Positions 45,356 through 54,347 of a DNA stretch of 54,985 nucleotides are shown in pieces; positions within the stretch are counted from its first letter, which is position 1; every line of letters begins with the position of its first letter. Origin of the DNA: a virus (Duplodnaviria > Caudoviricetes); IMG/VR virus record IMGVR_UViG_3300010396_000013, positions 1 to 54,985 of that record; one strand, 5' to 3'. The notes beneath the pieces are model-generated. The model did not search any database, had not been told where the DNA came from, and worked only from the letters and a program-made list of their open reading frames with translations. The position numbers were made by a program, and so were the translations under genes.

Positions 45356-45478
45356 GATGGCGGGGGAGCGCCGGGCTTCCACCGGCTGCGATCCTGCGCA
45401 CGGGTCTCTGCACGCAAGCCGGACAGATTCCGGCGGATAGGCGCATCAGGTCGGCGCGCGCGCCTGATGCCGACGCAA
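45356..45478 (-). ncRNA. Candidate multi-hairpin RNA downstream of tRNA-Thr
   Basis: Hairpins GCATCAGG/CCTGATGC, GCCGGA/TCCGGC, TGCGTGC/GTGCGCA and GCCGG-TGGAAGC-CCGGC; ends ...CCGCCA. Confidence 0.4.
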
Positions 45479-45480
45479 TT

Positions 45481-45557
45481 TGGTGCCGCCCGAGAGAATC
45501 GAACTCCCACACCCCTGATTACAAATCAGATGCCTTTGCCATCTCGGCCAGGCCGGC
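45481..45557 (-). tRNA. tRNA-Thr(TGT)
   Basis: GCCGGCC...TCTGA-TTTGTAA-TCAGG...GTTCGATT...GGCGGCACCA; one acceptor-stem mismatch. Confidence 0.8.
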
Positions 45558-45559
45558 AC

Positions 45560-45636
<77 letters not shown>

Positions 45637-45649
45637 ATCCAGCGTAGGC

Positions 45650-45803
45650 TGCTGCGGGCCGGATTGGATACCGGCTGGGTTCGTCAGCTTCGGCTCGCGT
45701 AGATTGCGGGCGCGCGGCATCGCTAATCCGCTTGCACGTCCACGGTAATCCGTGGCCCGACCCAGGTTCGCCTTCCCGCGTGTCCATCCACGCCGCTCGC
45801 AGC
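45650..45803 (-). ncRNA. tRNA-like structured RNA, copy A (154 nt)
   Basis: End stem GCTGCG/CGCAGC+A; D-like arm GCGT-GGATGGAC-ACGC; T-like arm GCCGG-TATCCAAT-CCGGC; ~100-nt structured insert; first element of the tRNA transcript. Confidence 0.65.
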
Positions 45804-45809
45804 GCGCGC

Positions 45810-45838
45810 ATTCTATCCACGCGAAGGCGGCGAGGCAA
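45810..45838 (-). promoter_or_regulatory. Sigma70-type promoter for RNA copy A and the tRNA cluster
   Basis: TTGCCT-N17-TAGAAT, 6 nt before the end stem. Confidence 0.7.
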
Positions 45839-46328
45839 CAAATTTGCTGAAAAGGGGAGGGGGCTTCTTCGCCATCCTCGCCGCCTGCCTTGCATCGCTC
45901 CGAGCCTTGTACGCCGCGAAGCTGCCGCCTGAGGATCCATGCTTGGGGCGGCTTCGCGGCCGCGCTCTAAGCGCACCCAAGGCTTTGGCCATAGCCTCCT
46001 CAACCTCTCGCTCCTGGCGTAACCGCCGCACGCTTTCGCGGCTACCGAGAAACGGCAACTCTTTCTCAAAAACCGCATTGAGGGCATCTCGGACGGCATC
46101 GCAATCACGAAACCATTCACCAGTCACGCGATATCGCGCCAGCGTCGCGTGGACCTCCTTCTCGCGGCAGCCCGCGTCCCGCAGCACGCCAATGAGGCGT
46201 AGCGCAGCGCTATGAGATGTCTGCATAGATCGCATGCGCTTCTTTGGGTTTTTGCTGCGACCCACCTTGAGATCGCCGGTAGCGCCCATGATGACGTAGA
46301 GATGTGCCCCCATTTGTGCCACCGCCAT
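45813..46328 (-). CDS. GIY-YIG / T5orf172-domain protein
   Basis: LYVI...KVGRSKNP.KR...Q, EKEVH..L...R..GEWF motifs. Confidence 0.85.
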   Translation of the reverse strand: MAVAQMGAHLYVIMGATGDLKVGRSKNPKKRMRSMQTSHSAALRLIGVLRDAGCREKEVHATLARYRVTGEWFRDCDAVRDALNAVFEKELPFLGSRESVRRLRQEREVEEAMAKALGALRARPRSRPKHGSSGGSFAAYKARSDARQAARMAKKPPPLFSKFVASPPSRG

Positions 46329-46413
46329 GCGCCGATTCACCCTCTGTTCGCGCTATATGCGCAGGTCTAAGTGCTTGTATTGGCGCAATATATGGTATTA
46401 CCTCACTATTGTC

Positions 46414-46480
46414 CACGGTTTGCTAAACCGTTTAGGGGTGTAAAGCCCCTACGTGGGTTCGAATCCCATCCCCTCCGCCA
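46414..46480 (+). other. attP core: 3' portion of tRNA-Ser(GCT)
   Basis: ACGGT-TTGCTAA-ACCGT anticodon arm, long variable arm, GGTTCGAATCC, CCTCCGCCA; no 5' half; 7 nt from the integrase stop. Confidence 0.88.
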
Positions 46481-46487
46481 CTTTCTT

Positions 46488-47597
46488 TTATTTATCAACA
46501 AGTTGCTTCCACTCTCTGCGCACCCTTTCGGGGCGTTTCGGTGTGTCGTTTTGGGTCGTCTGTGCCCCGGTTTGTGCCACCCCATGTTTCGCCTGCACCT
46601 GCTCGCGTCCGGTCAGGTGGGCTAGATAAATCTCAGTCGTCTTGATCGACGTATGCCCCAAGTGCTTGGACAGACTGTAGATGTCCCACCCCATGCGCAG
46701 CGACCGGATAGCGAATCCATGGCGGAGGTCATGGACCCGGAAGCGGCGGAATTGCCGGGCTGCATCGGCCTCGCGCACGATCAGTAAACGCACCGCTTGG
46801 CTGAAATTGCTGCTGAAATTGCGATATGGTTCGCCGCGCTCGTTGGTAAAAAGCGGGCCGCTCCGTGGGAGACCTGCTAAGACTGGCCCCGCGTCGCCGG
46901 CCGGCGTGCGCCAATCGATCGTGCGAGGGCGGTTGGTCTTGGTCTTACGGAGCGCGATTTGCCGGCGCTCCCATAGTATATCCTCGCCCGTCAGCGTCAC
47001 GGCTTCATTCTCCCGCATCCCTGTGGCGTGGAGCAGCCGCAGCACGGCGGCAATACCGGGCGGCACAGAAAGCAGCACAGCAGCCACGGCGGCATCCTGC
47101 GGCGGCTCTATCGGTTCGCGGCGCTCGCGGATCATGCCCCGGTCATAAGTCGTCACCGGGTTCGCCGGAATCCAGCCCCATGCGGTGCAGGCAGCCATCA
47201 TGCGGGAGAGGGCGGTCAGGTCGCGGCGGATCGTGGCATTCGTCACCAGATTGGCGCGGCTGCTGACGTATTCCCCTATCGTCTGCGCGGTGATTTGGTC
47301 TACCCGCAGCGAGCCAAAGACGGCTTCAAGCTGCGCGATGCTGGATAGGTAGCGGGTGGCGACGGCTGGCTTGACGGCGTTGGGCAGCACTTCGGTAGCC
47401 CACCGGACAACAGCGGCCTTGAATGTCGGGGTGTCCGGTGAGCCTAGCGATGCGCGTTCGAGTTTGAGCCGCCACGCCCTGAGCCGGCGAGCCGCTTCGC
47501 GCGCATCAGGCGTTCGTAGGCTTGATCGGTATTCGCGTCCGGCGATTTTGAGCCTGCCCCAATAGATGGTGCCGCGTAGGTAGAGATTGATCGGCAT
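46488..47597 (-). CDS. int: Tyrosine integrase
   Basis: TGMRENE (R), KTK, HDLRH, LGH and TTEIY catalytic motifs. Confidence 0.95.
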   Translation of the reverse strand: MPINLYLRGTIYWGRLKIAGREYRSSLRTPDAREAARRLRAWRLKLERASLGSPDTPTFKAAVVRWATEVLPNAVKPAVATRYLSSIAQLEAVFGSLRVDQITAQTIGEYVSSRANLVTNATIRRDLTALSRMMAACTAWGWIPANPVTTYDRGMIRERREPIEPPQDAAVAAVLLSVPPGIAAVLRLLHATGMRENEAVTLTGEDILWERRQIALRKTKTNRPRTIDWRTPAGDAGPVLAGLPRSGPLFTNERGEPYRNFSSNFSQAVRLLIVREADAARQFRRFRVHDLRHGFAIRSLRMGWDIYSLSKHLGHTSIKTTEIYLAHLTGREQVQAKHGVAQTGAQTTQNDTPKRPERVRREWKQLVDK

Positions 47598-47770
47598 GCT
47601 TGGCGCTCACGCTGGGTAATCCAGCGCGACAGTTTGTCAGGGTCGAACGTCCAGAGTCCACCCAGCTTCGCGGCGCCGGGTATTTTGCCGGCTGCCGCCA
47701 TGTCCTGCACGGCGCGTCGGCCGATGCTGGTCAGCCGCGCGACATCGGAAACGCGGATACGGGGGGTCAT
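47444..47770 (-). CDS. xis: Excisionase-like HTH_17 protein overlapping the integrase start
   Basis: VSDVARLTSIGRRAV..MAAAGKIPGAAKLGGLWTFD. Confidence 0.75.
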   Translation of the reverse strand: MTPRIRVSDVARLTSIGRRAVQDMAAAGKIPGAAKLGGLWTFDPDKLSRWITQRERQACRSISTYAAPSIGAGSKSPDANTDQAYERLMRAKRLAGSGRGGSNSNAHR

Positions 47771-47806
47771 GCCGCCTGCTCCGGGCTGAGCCAGCGGGGT
47801 TGAATG

Positions 47807-48349
47807 TCAACCATCCTCCAGCGCCTCCCGCTCAATCTCCGCGAACAATTCCGGGGCCAACACCCGACGTGCGATGCCTACGAACCGGCGCGAGAACTTC
47901 TTGGCCGAAGACGCCTGCTGTATCAGCGATTGAAGCCGCAGAGCCTCCACGCGCTTTGATTCTTTCAGGGCGGCGGCCTGTTCGTGCAGTCGCGCCTGTT
48001 TGGCGAGACCAACGGCCGGGTCTTTCTTCGAGCGTTGCGCAGGTCCGGTTGTTCCGGCGATCTGCTTCATCCGCTGTTGCAGGCGCTTCATGATGATACT
48101 CTTGGCCACGCGCGCCTTGCATGCTCGCGTGAACCACAGGCGTTTGGCCGCCGATATTGCCTCCACGCCATGCACACTGACATCAGCTTCGTAAGCAGTG
48201 ATCTGGATGTGGATTTGGTCCAGGTCCTCCTGCGTCTCGCGGATCATCGCGGCACAGGTGACTTCGTCCATGATCAGCGAAACGTCGTCGGTGAAGCGCT
48301 CGAAGGTTTCGTCGTCTAGGGTGGGGAGCGGGTGGGGGTTAGGCATCAT
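47807..48349 (-). CDS. Hypothetical coiled-coil protein
   Basis: 180-aa ORF in the leftward operon. Confidence 0.6.
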   Translation of the reverse strand: MMPNPHPLPTLDDETFERFTDDVSLIMDEVTCAAMIRETQEDLDQIHIQITAYEADVSVHGVEAISAAKRLWFTRACKARVAKSIIMKRLQQRMKQIAGTTGPAQRSKKDPAVGLAKQARLHEQAAALKESKRVEALRLQSLIQQASSAKKFSRRFVGIARRVLAPELFAEIEREALEDG

Positions 48350-48665
48350 CGTCATCCCCACCCAGCAGCCGCAACACGGCGTCGGCGCGATCCAGATGCG
48401 CTTTATCCAGCCGCGCGCAATGCCGGTCGTCGTGCCCTACCACGCATTTCGACCTGCAGCAGATTATCTCCGCCACTTCCTCGCGCGTCGGCAGCGGGGG
48501 CGCCGGCTGGGTGCGGCGGTTCCATGCGAGCGCGGCTTCGGATTCGGTCCGGTATTCGAGCGTCGCGATAAAGCATCTGGTGCATGCGATATAGAACTTG
48601 CGAGATGGCGGCTTAGACAGCCACCCACTGCTCCCGCACATCGGACACGGCGACAGCGCGATCAT
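48339..48665 (-). CDS. Lar-family restriction alleviation-like protein
   Basis: LSPCPMCG...C..C...EAALAWNRR. Confidence 0.75.
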   Translation of the reverse strand: MIALSPCPMCGSSGWLSKPPSRKFYIACTRCFIATLEYRTESEAALAWNRRTQPAPPLPTREEVAEIICCRSKCVVGHDDRHCARLDKAHLDRADAVLRLLGGDDDDA

Positions 48666-49033
48666 TCCCCGCCCTCCGCCATGGCACGAAGCAGGGCAGC
48701 GAGACGGGCGGAGGGTTCGGTTTTCGCGCGGCCCTCTCCCCACCCCGTTCGTTCATCTCGGCATGCACGAGCGGCGAATTTATCGGGCCATTGCTCCAAT
48801 TCAGACAATACAATCCGCCCCGGCAGCGCGGCTTGGGCGTCGATGCTGGTGGTCAGGCATGGCGGCTGCGTGGCGTCAGCCCAATCGGTCTTGCTGGGCG
48901 GCAACAGCGTGCATTCGGCAGTATCGAAGACGGTCCAACCTATGGAGAGGCATATCTCGTTGTCAAAATCGCGCCCCGTCTCCCCGGCTTCCACCCTCTC
49001 CGCCAGCGCCAGCAGTTCGGTGCGGCGGGTCAT
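48662..49033 (-). CDS. Hypothetical protein, paralog of 53665-54024
   Basis: LAERVEA...DNEI...TTSIDA...ARLAALLRA. Confidence 0.7.
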   Translation of the reverse strand: MTRRTELLALAERVEAGETGRDFDNEICLSIGWTVFDTAECTLLPPSKTDWADATQPPCLTTSIDAQAALPGRIVLSELEQWPDKFAARACRDERTGWGEGRAKTEPSARLAALLRAMAEGGE

Positions 49034-49236
49034 GACTGTTGTTCCCACACCACCACATCTGCGCGGCCTCGGAACACTAGCCAAGCGGCGCGCAGCCGGT
49101 GCGGGATACCAGTCCATCCCAAGGAGCGGGCCGGCACATAGCGGCCATCTGGCAGGCCCGTGGCGCATTGGGGAGCCATACGCAGAAGGCTTTCGATCGT
49201 CCAAATAGTCACACCGTAATTCATACGACGCATCAT
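49030..49236 (-). CDS. Hypothetical protein
   Basis: YVPARSLG...RLRAAWLVFRGRADVV.W phage motif. Confidence 0.65.
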   Translation of the reverse strand: MMRRMNYGVTIWTIESLLRMAPQCATGLPDGRYVPARSLGWTGIPHRLRAAWLVFRGRADVVVWEQQS

Positions 49237-49559
49237 GCCACGTCCTCCGGGAATGGGCGCGGGGCGCCGGCGAGCATGGCGGCGTAACCCTCCGGCCAAT
49301 CGATATCGGTGGACGATGTCCAATCCAGCCGTCGCACGGCGACGATCATGGTTTGGGTTACCGCCCCTGGCACCACCTGCCACCCCTCCACGTCGAGCAC
49401 GGCCAGCATGGCGAGCCGGGCGGCGCGGGCTTCTTCCCGCACAGAATGTTGGGTTCCCATATCTTCCAATTCCATATCGCACTTGTCTTCGTCTTCACGG
49501 CGAATGCTCCAAATCGCCCGCGCCATCGCCTCGTCGCAGCGGTCGGTGAGGGTGGTCAT
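49233..49559 (-). CDS. Hypothetical protein
   Basis: EAMARAI...GWQVVP...T.TM...Y.AML; coupled ORF. Confidence 0.65.
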   Translation of the reverse strand: MTTLTDRCDEAMARAIWSIRREDEDKCDMELEDMGTQHSVREEARAARLAMLAVLDVEGWQVVPGAVTQTMIVAVRRLDWTSSTDIDWPEGYAAMLAGAPRPFPEDVA

Positions 49560-49981
49560 GGGGTCGGTTCCTTGGTGATGGCGTCGAGAAGCGCGGTTGC
49601 CAAATTTCTCCACTCCCGCACGATCTTGTTGGCCTTCTCGCCGCGACGGTCCTGATGATGCCATTCCGCATGCGCCTCATCGTAGGACGCAGACACGGCA
49701 GCGAATGCTCCCCGCAAAGCCCCCACCAGCGCCGCCTCACGCTCCTTTGCGGCGGCGAGGTCGGCGGGTTTGGGGATTAGCATGAAATACCGAAAGCCAC
49801 TTTGGTAAGCGGTCTCCGGAGAATGCCAGCCCCCGCCATATAGTGACCAACCCCACTCGTCATCGAATGGCAATTTTTCCCACAGCACGATTCCAGGCGC
49901 ACCGCCGGCAACGTTCTCCAGCCAGTGGATGCGTTCCACACCCCTCAGTTCCTCCGGAGGCTCGCACCGTTCGTCGCTCAT
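49556..49981 (-). CDS. Hypothetical protein
   Basis: AAGGAG RBS; coupled ORF. Confidence 0.6.
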   Translation of the reverse strand: MSDERCEPPEELRGVERIHWLENVAGGAPGIVLWEKLPFDDEWGWSLYGGGWHSPETAYQSGFRYFMLIPKPADLAAAKEREAALVGALRGAFAAVSASYDEAHAEWHHQDRRGEKANKIVREWRNLATALLDAITKEPTP

Positions 49982-50310
49982 GTCGTCGGCTCCTTGATGA
50001 GTGCGCGGATGGCGGCGGCTTTCCACACCAACACCGCTTTTACCGCCCGCATTTCCGATGCGGACAATTCGCCAGCGTTTAAGCGGATGGTTTGACGCGA
50101 CATATCGAGGCTATTTGCCGCTTCTTCCAGCCCCTGCCGGCGACCTTCCGCGAGGCCGGCATCATATGCCAGCACTGCGCGCAGATCGGCCGGGCTGGCG
50201 GCGACGTGGGCGATGTAGGTGCGGATCGCGGCCTCGATTGCTCCGGGCCATGCCGCGTTGCGTAATTCGTGCGTCGCTGCCGCCAGAGCCTTCGCGTCCA
50301 GATCACTCAC
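49978..50310 (-). CDS. Hypothetical protein
   Basis: GLEEAA...AAAIRAL phage motif. Confidence 0.6.
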   Translation of the reverse strand: MSDLDAKALAAATHELRNAAWPGAIEAAIRTYIAHVAASPADLRAVLAYDAGLAEGRRQGLEEAANSLDMSRQTIRLNAGELSASEMRAVKAVLVWKAAAIRALIKEPTT

Positions 50311-50722
50311 CGTCCGTCTCCTTCACCGTGATCTGGTCGCAGCGCCAGCCTTTGTCCGGTTGCGCATAGGTAAACCAGCACCGCGCATCAACTTCGGTTC
50401 GGAACCAGTGGCAGACGCCCTGATACTGCGGGTTCCACACCAGCCACATCGTCCGCTCACCGGCCATGTCGATCACTCCGAAGTATCTGTTGGGCAGTCG
50501 CGGGTATGCCAACTGTCGGGGCCTCCGCAATCTGGGCAGAAATATTTGGCGTGCGCGTATTGCTGGGCGATGAGCGTTGCCGTCTTAGCAGCGTCGCGCC
50601 TAACAATCTCCCGCCGCAGCACAGCATCGGACACGCTTGATAGATCGACATTATCGGCCATCGGCTTCACGCTTTTGCGGAGAGCCGCATCGAAAATACG
50701 AGGTAAACCCCGCTCGTTGATT

Positions 50723-50890
50723 TCACCGCCCATCGACTGCCTCCACATACGGCTTGTTCATCACCGGCTGATCATCGTCGAACACATAATCGCTGTAACT
50801 GCGATAGGTGATGGTGCGGTCGTCAGGGTCTTGCCAGCACGGCGGCTCGGGGCCGTCTCCGCGCCAGGCGTAGCGGTCATTGGTTGCCAT
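50723..50890 (-). CDS. Small hypothetical protein
   Basis: TITYRSYSDYVFD; GGGAGG RBS. Confidence 0.45.
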   Translation of the reverse strand: MATNDRYAWRGDGPEPPCWQDPDDRTITYRSYSDYVFDDDQPVMNKPYVEAVDGR

Positions 50891-51065
50891 CGGCTGCCTC
50901 CCGTTCCGCGTCCACGATGCGCCAGGCGGCGGCGATGGCATCTTTTTCAGACCTGTAATCGTCTGTGATGGTTTTCCGATCCGGCGACACGGCAAACCTA
51001 TGTGTGCCGTTGGCCGAGGGAACTACAAACCACCCTTCCGGCAACTCGCCCCGCTCGCCGCTCAT
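50877..51065 (-). CDS. Small hypothetical protein, paralog of 54344-54535
   Basis: ELPEGW...SE..AIAAAWRIV. Confidence 0.65.
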   Translation of the reverse strand: MSGERGELPEGWFVVPSANGTHRFAVSPDRKTITDDYRSEKDAIAAAWRIVDAEREAADGNQ

Positions 51066-51478
51066 GACTTCGCCTCCAGCGCGGCGATGGCGGCGCGGAG
51101 GCGTCGGATAGCGTCGCCGTTCGCATCGGCCGTTCGTGACGATTCCCATTCCGCCATAGCCGCCTTCACCTCCGCCACCTTATCGACCGGCGCGAGGGAT
51201 TTGGGGAGGGCGTCTACGGCTGCGGTCAGTTCGTCACACCGCTTGCTTCCAGCCGAAGTCTCTCCATGCAGGTCGCGCCACTTCTCCGCCGCCTCCAACA
51301 CCGCCTCCTGCTCCGCGGTGATGGCAGACGGCATCGCATGCAGCATCGTCGCCGGCACCTGATATCCAGCGCCATTGTCACCGACTGCCACCGAATACCA
51401 GCCCTGGCCGATATCACGCGCCACCAACACCATCGCCATCTGCGGCCACTTGTCGCCGGTTGGGGTCCAGGGGGCCAT
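51062..51478 (-). CDS. Hypothetical protein
   Basis: TGATG coupling to recT. Confidence 0.65.
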   Translation of the reverse strand: MAPWTPTGDKWPQMAMVLVARDIGQGWYSVAVGDNGAGYQVPATMLHAMPSAITAEQEAVLEAAEKWRDLHGETSAGSKRCDELTAAVDALPKSLAPVDKVAEVKAAMAEWESSRTADANGDAIRRLRAAIAALEAKS

Positions 51479-52497
51479 CAGCGGCCTCCCTGCTGCGGCG
51501 CGAACCCGTGGCGAGCGGCGGTCACGGAAATGCCGACGCGCTCATGGTCCTCGGCGCTCAGCCCCTTCACCTTCGTCCGCGTCGCCGCGTTGTTCAGGAG
51601 CTTTTCCAGCGCGGCACTGTCGGGCTGGGCTTCGATCTGCTCGATCAGCCAATCGGCGTCGGATGGCGGGGTATCCAGTTGATCGATTACGCCATCCACC
51701 ACTTCGCCAGCCGCTTCCAGCGCGTCCAGCTTGCTTGCCTGGGCCGCCGGCTCCGGGGTGGCATCCATGGTGGGGCCATCGTGCGCAGGCGTCTGCTCGG
51801 CTTCATCATCGCGCCGCAGCAGGTCGTCTGCGTCGGCATCCATCGGCAGCCACTTGGACAGGCGGCGGAATACCGTCTTGCGTGCCATTTCGTCCCACCA
51901 GTCCACCCATGGGCCGCGATCCTTGGACCGGCTGACCTGGCGCACCTTTTCGATTGCGGCACGGTCCATCACCTCGAATTGCGGGGTGCCCCCATCCTTG
52001 AACTTCGCGACGGCATAAGCACCAATGGCCTGCCCACGGTCGCCAGGGAACAGTGGCGTATGCTCTAGCGTTGATTCGGTGCCCTGCCGCCAGATGAAAT
52101 GATCGTTCGCATAGATCACATGGGCCTCGATGCCGGCGATCTCACCCGAATTGCGCGCCCGCTTCTGGATGCCGGCGAGCATCGGCATATACTGCACCGC
52201 CTTGACCCATTCCTCGCGGCCGTCGCGCTTGACCTTCGTATTGAAGATCACCAGCGCAGCCTCGCGGCCATCGGGGATCAGGCCATCGGCGGCGCATTTG
52301 GTGCAGGACGCCAGCAGGGTTGTCCGGTCGGCAACCAGAAGGTCCGGGTTCTGCTGCACAACCGTCATCACCACGCGCTGGAATTTCTCCGGCTTGATGT
52401 GGCTTGGCAGCGCGTTCTTGAATTGGCTGGACATGCTGGAAAGCTGGGCGCGCAGGATTTCGGCTGGCGGCTTCCCGGCTGATGTGGTGACGCTCAT
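51478..52497 (-). CDS. recT: RecT single-strand annealing protein
   Basis: ALPSHI.PEKF.R, DGLIPDGREA and WDEMARKTVFRRLSKWLPM motifs. Confidence 0.92.
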   Translation of the reverse strand: MSVTTSAGKPPAEILRAQLSSMSSQFKNALPSHIKPEKFQRVVMTVVQQNPDLLVADRTTLLASCTKCAADGLIPDGREAALVIFNTKVKRDGREEWVKAVQYMPMLAGIQKRARNSGEIAGIEAHVIYANDHFIWRQGTESTLEHTPLFPGDRGQAIGAYAVAKFKDGGTPQFEVMDRAAIEKVRQVSRSKDRGPWVDWWDEMARKTVFRRLSKWLPMDADADDLLRRDDEAEQTPAHDGPTMDATPEPAAQASKLDALEAAGEVVDGVIDQLDTPPSDADWLIEQIEAQPDSAALEKLLNNAATRTKVKGLSAEDHERVGISVTAARHGFAPQQGGR

Positions 52498-53441
52498 GCG
52501 GCGCTCTCCATTTGGTCTGTGAATCGTGCAATGTATCGGCGCGTCTCAGCGCGGCCTTTGATGATCTCATCGGCCTTCGCGGGCCGATCCGGCTTCGCTG
52601 CCGTGATAGACACCGACAGGCTATAGCCGCTGCCCCAGGCCCGCTTGTGGCCTTCCAGCAGGGCTGCGGCGCGATTACGGGCATCGTCGTATGCCTCGCT
52701 CGCCGCCTTCTTGGCCGCTGTGGCATCGAGAAATGCCTGCACGGCCTCGGGGAACTCGTTGCTCTCCGAAAGGTCCAGCGCATCATCGGTCGGCTCCGGA
52801 TACAGTTCCCGCAGCACGTGCGCGGCGCTGTCCGAACCATCTACCGGGGGCGGCATCTTGCTTGACCAGAACGCGGCCACGCGGGCCTTGATCTGCGCAA
52901 TCAGTGCCGGGCGCGCGGCGTAGCGATAGACGCGCAGTTCGTTGCCGCCGATCAGGCTCGCGACCGCACCCCACTGCCAGCCAGTGCACGCAAGCTGCTG
53001 TTGCAGTTGCAGTAGGATGTGCAGCGGAGGCTCGCCATCGGTCCATGAGCGGCGATGAATGAGCCAGTCCACATTTTTGGTCTCCAGCACCCCAGGGCCG
53101 GAAAACTCGCCCTTCGGATCGGCGGTAATCTCGAAATCCAGGCTGGCCGCCATGCCGGGGCAGTCATCGCAGATGGCGTAGCGGCCCTTGGAGACTTCGA
53201 AGCCTTCTTCCTCGGCCGCCGCCAGCGCGACGACTTCTTCCAGCCTGTTGCCCCACGTGATCCGCTTACCTTCGACCTTCGGCGGTTCGGCCAACCCGCG
53301 CTTGACGTGCCACAGCGCGTAGTGGCTGAGGGCATAGGCCGGCTGGACACCCCAGAGCGCGGCGGTCTCGGATGCGCCGACGTAGCGCATGCGGTTGGCG
53401 AGCCATTCCTCGCGGCTGGCCGGCATCGGATGCAGGCTCAT
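52494..53441 (-). CDS. YqaJ-like viral recombinase exonuclease
   Basis: WLANR..YVGASE, WGNRLE, ASLD, LETK and LQLQQQLACTG motifs. Confidence 0.9.
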   Translation of the reverse strand: MSLHPMPASREEWLANRMRYVGASETAALWGVQPAYALSHYALWHVKRGLAEPPKVEGKRITWGNRLEEVVALAAAEEEGFEVSKGRYAICDDCPGMAASLDFEITADPKGEFSGPGVLETKNVDWLIHRRSWTDGEPPLHILLQLQQQLACTGWQWGAVASLIGGNELRVYRYAARPALIAQIKARVAAFWSSKMPPPVDGSDSAAHVLRELYPEPTDDALDLSESNEFPEAVQAFLDATAAKKAASEAYDDARNRAAALLEGHKRAWGSGYSLSVSITAAKPDRPAKADEIIKGRAETRRYIARFTDQMESAA

Positions 53442-53665
53442 CGAACAATCTCCCCACCCATCCCACCCGGCACCCGCATGGCCGGATGCAGCGGCATCGC
53501 GTCGAGACACACGCCGTTGACGTGCTCCATCCGCTCGGCCTGGCGCACCGCCGCATCGAGCCGCTGCGCCTGCGCCCGGAGCGCGGATGCCGGGCCTTCG
53601 TCAACAACTGTCGCCTCGGCGCGGATTGACATGGCGATCTGGCGGAGGGTGTGGGAGAGGGTCAT
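53438..53665 (-). CDS. Hypothetical protein
   Basis: Coupled ORF. Confidence 0.55.
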   Translation of the reverse strand: MTLSHTLRQIAMSIRAEATVVDEGPASALRAQAQRLDAAVRQAERMEHVNGVCLDAMPLHPAMRVPGGMGGEIVR

Positions 53666-54024
53666 TACACGTTCCTCGCTTTGAGAGCGGCGATGCAGAG
53701 GGCGAGGGCGATGGCGGGGGTGGGGCCGCTGCAGTTCGACCAGTCGCAGCCTTCCTCAGACGCTGGCATGCAGCCCGCGACCGCCTCGCCGTTGTCGCAG
53801 TGCAGCGACCAGTCATGAGCGGGCGGGATCAATGTCAGGGCGGCGTCCACGCTGGCGGTGAAAAACGGCAACCGTTCCCATTCCGTCCCTGCGATCCATT
53901 GCCAATTTGTGGCGCTATTCCATTGCCGAACTTGACACCCAATCGCCCGCGCAATCTCCGCATCAAGCCGACGATCCGCCCCCGTCGCCGCCTCCAGCCG
54001 CGCGATGATTTCGGTGAGGGTCAT
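53665..54024 (-). CDS. Hypothetical protein, paralog of 48662-49033
   Basis: RLEAATGADRRLDAEI...FTASVDAALTL...TPAIALALCIAALKAR. Confidence 0.7.
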   Translation of the reverse strand: MTLTEIIARLEAATGADRRLDAEIARAIGCQVRQWNSATNWQWIAGTEWERLPFFTASVDAALTLIPPAHDWSLHCDNGEAVAGCMPASEEGCDWSNCSGPTPAIALALCIAALKARNV

Positions 54025-54347
54025 GATTGCACCGGAGGGGCTGGGAGGGGACGCCAGTGGGTGGGAGCGAGCATGCGGATCGCCATCGCATCAGATCCGA
54101 AACGCCGCCAGATGATCCACTCGCCGGAGCCGTCTTCGATGGCAGTCATCCAGCCGGCGACTGCCGTTTCTCCATCCTGCCGAACGAGGACTCGCGTCCC
54201 ATCCCTCGGCGCGCTCTCAATCCCCTCCCATGCCGCCGCATCAGCCGCAGCGAGGGCGGCGCGGATACGTTCGCGCCCGGCAGGGCTGTCCAGCAACCAC
54301 AGTTTCAGCTTTTCAAACGCGGCTTCAACCATGCGATCGGTGATCAC
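54021..54347 (-). CDS. DUF551-like protein
   Basis: W..IESAPRDGTRVL...PTHWRPLPAPP. Confidence 0.7.
   Translation of the reverse strand: MITDRMVEAAFEKLKLWLLDSPAGRERIRAALAAADAAAWEGIESAPRDGTRVLVRQDGETAVAGWMTAIEDGSGEWIIWRRFGSDAMAIRMLAPTHWRPLPAPPVQS

Noticed and set aside
45650-45803. tmRNA or intron-containing tRNA
   Set aside because: Too short, no tag ORF or group I core, and lacks the alanine G3-U70 identity pair and canonical TTCRA loop
46414-46480. Complete tRNA-Ser gene
   Set aside because: The 5' acceptor strand and D arm are absent; interpreted as attP
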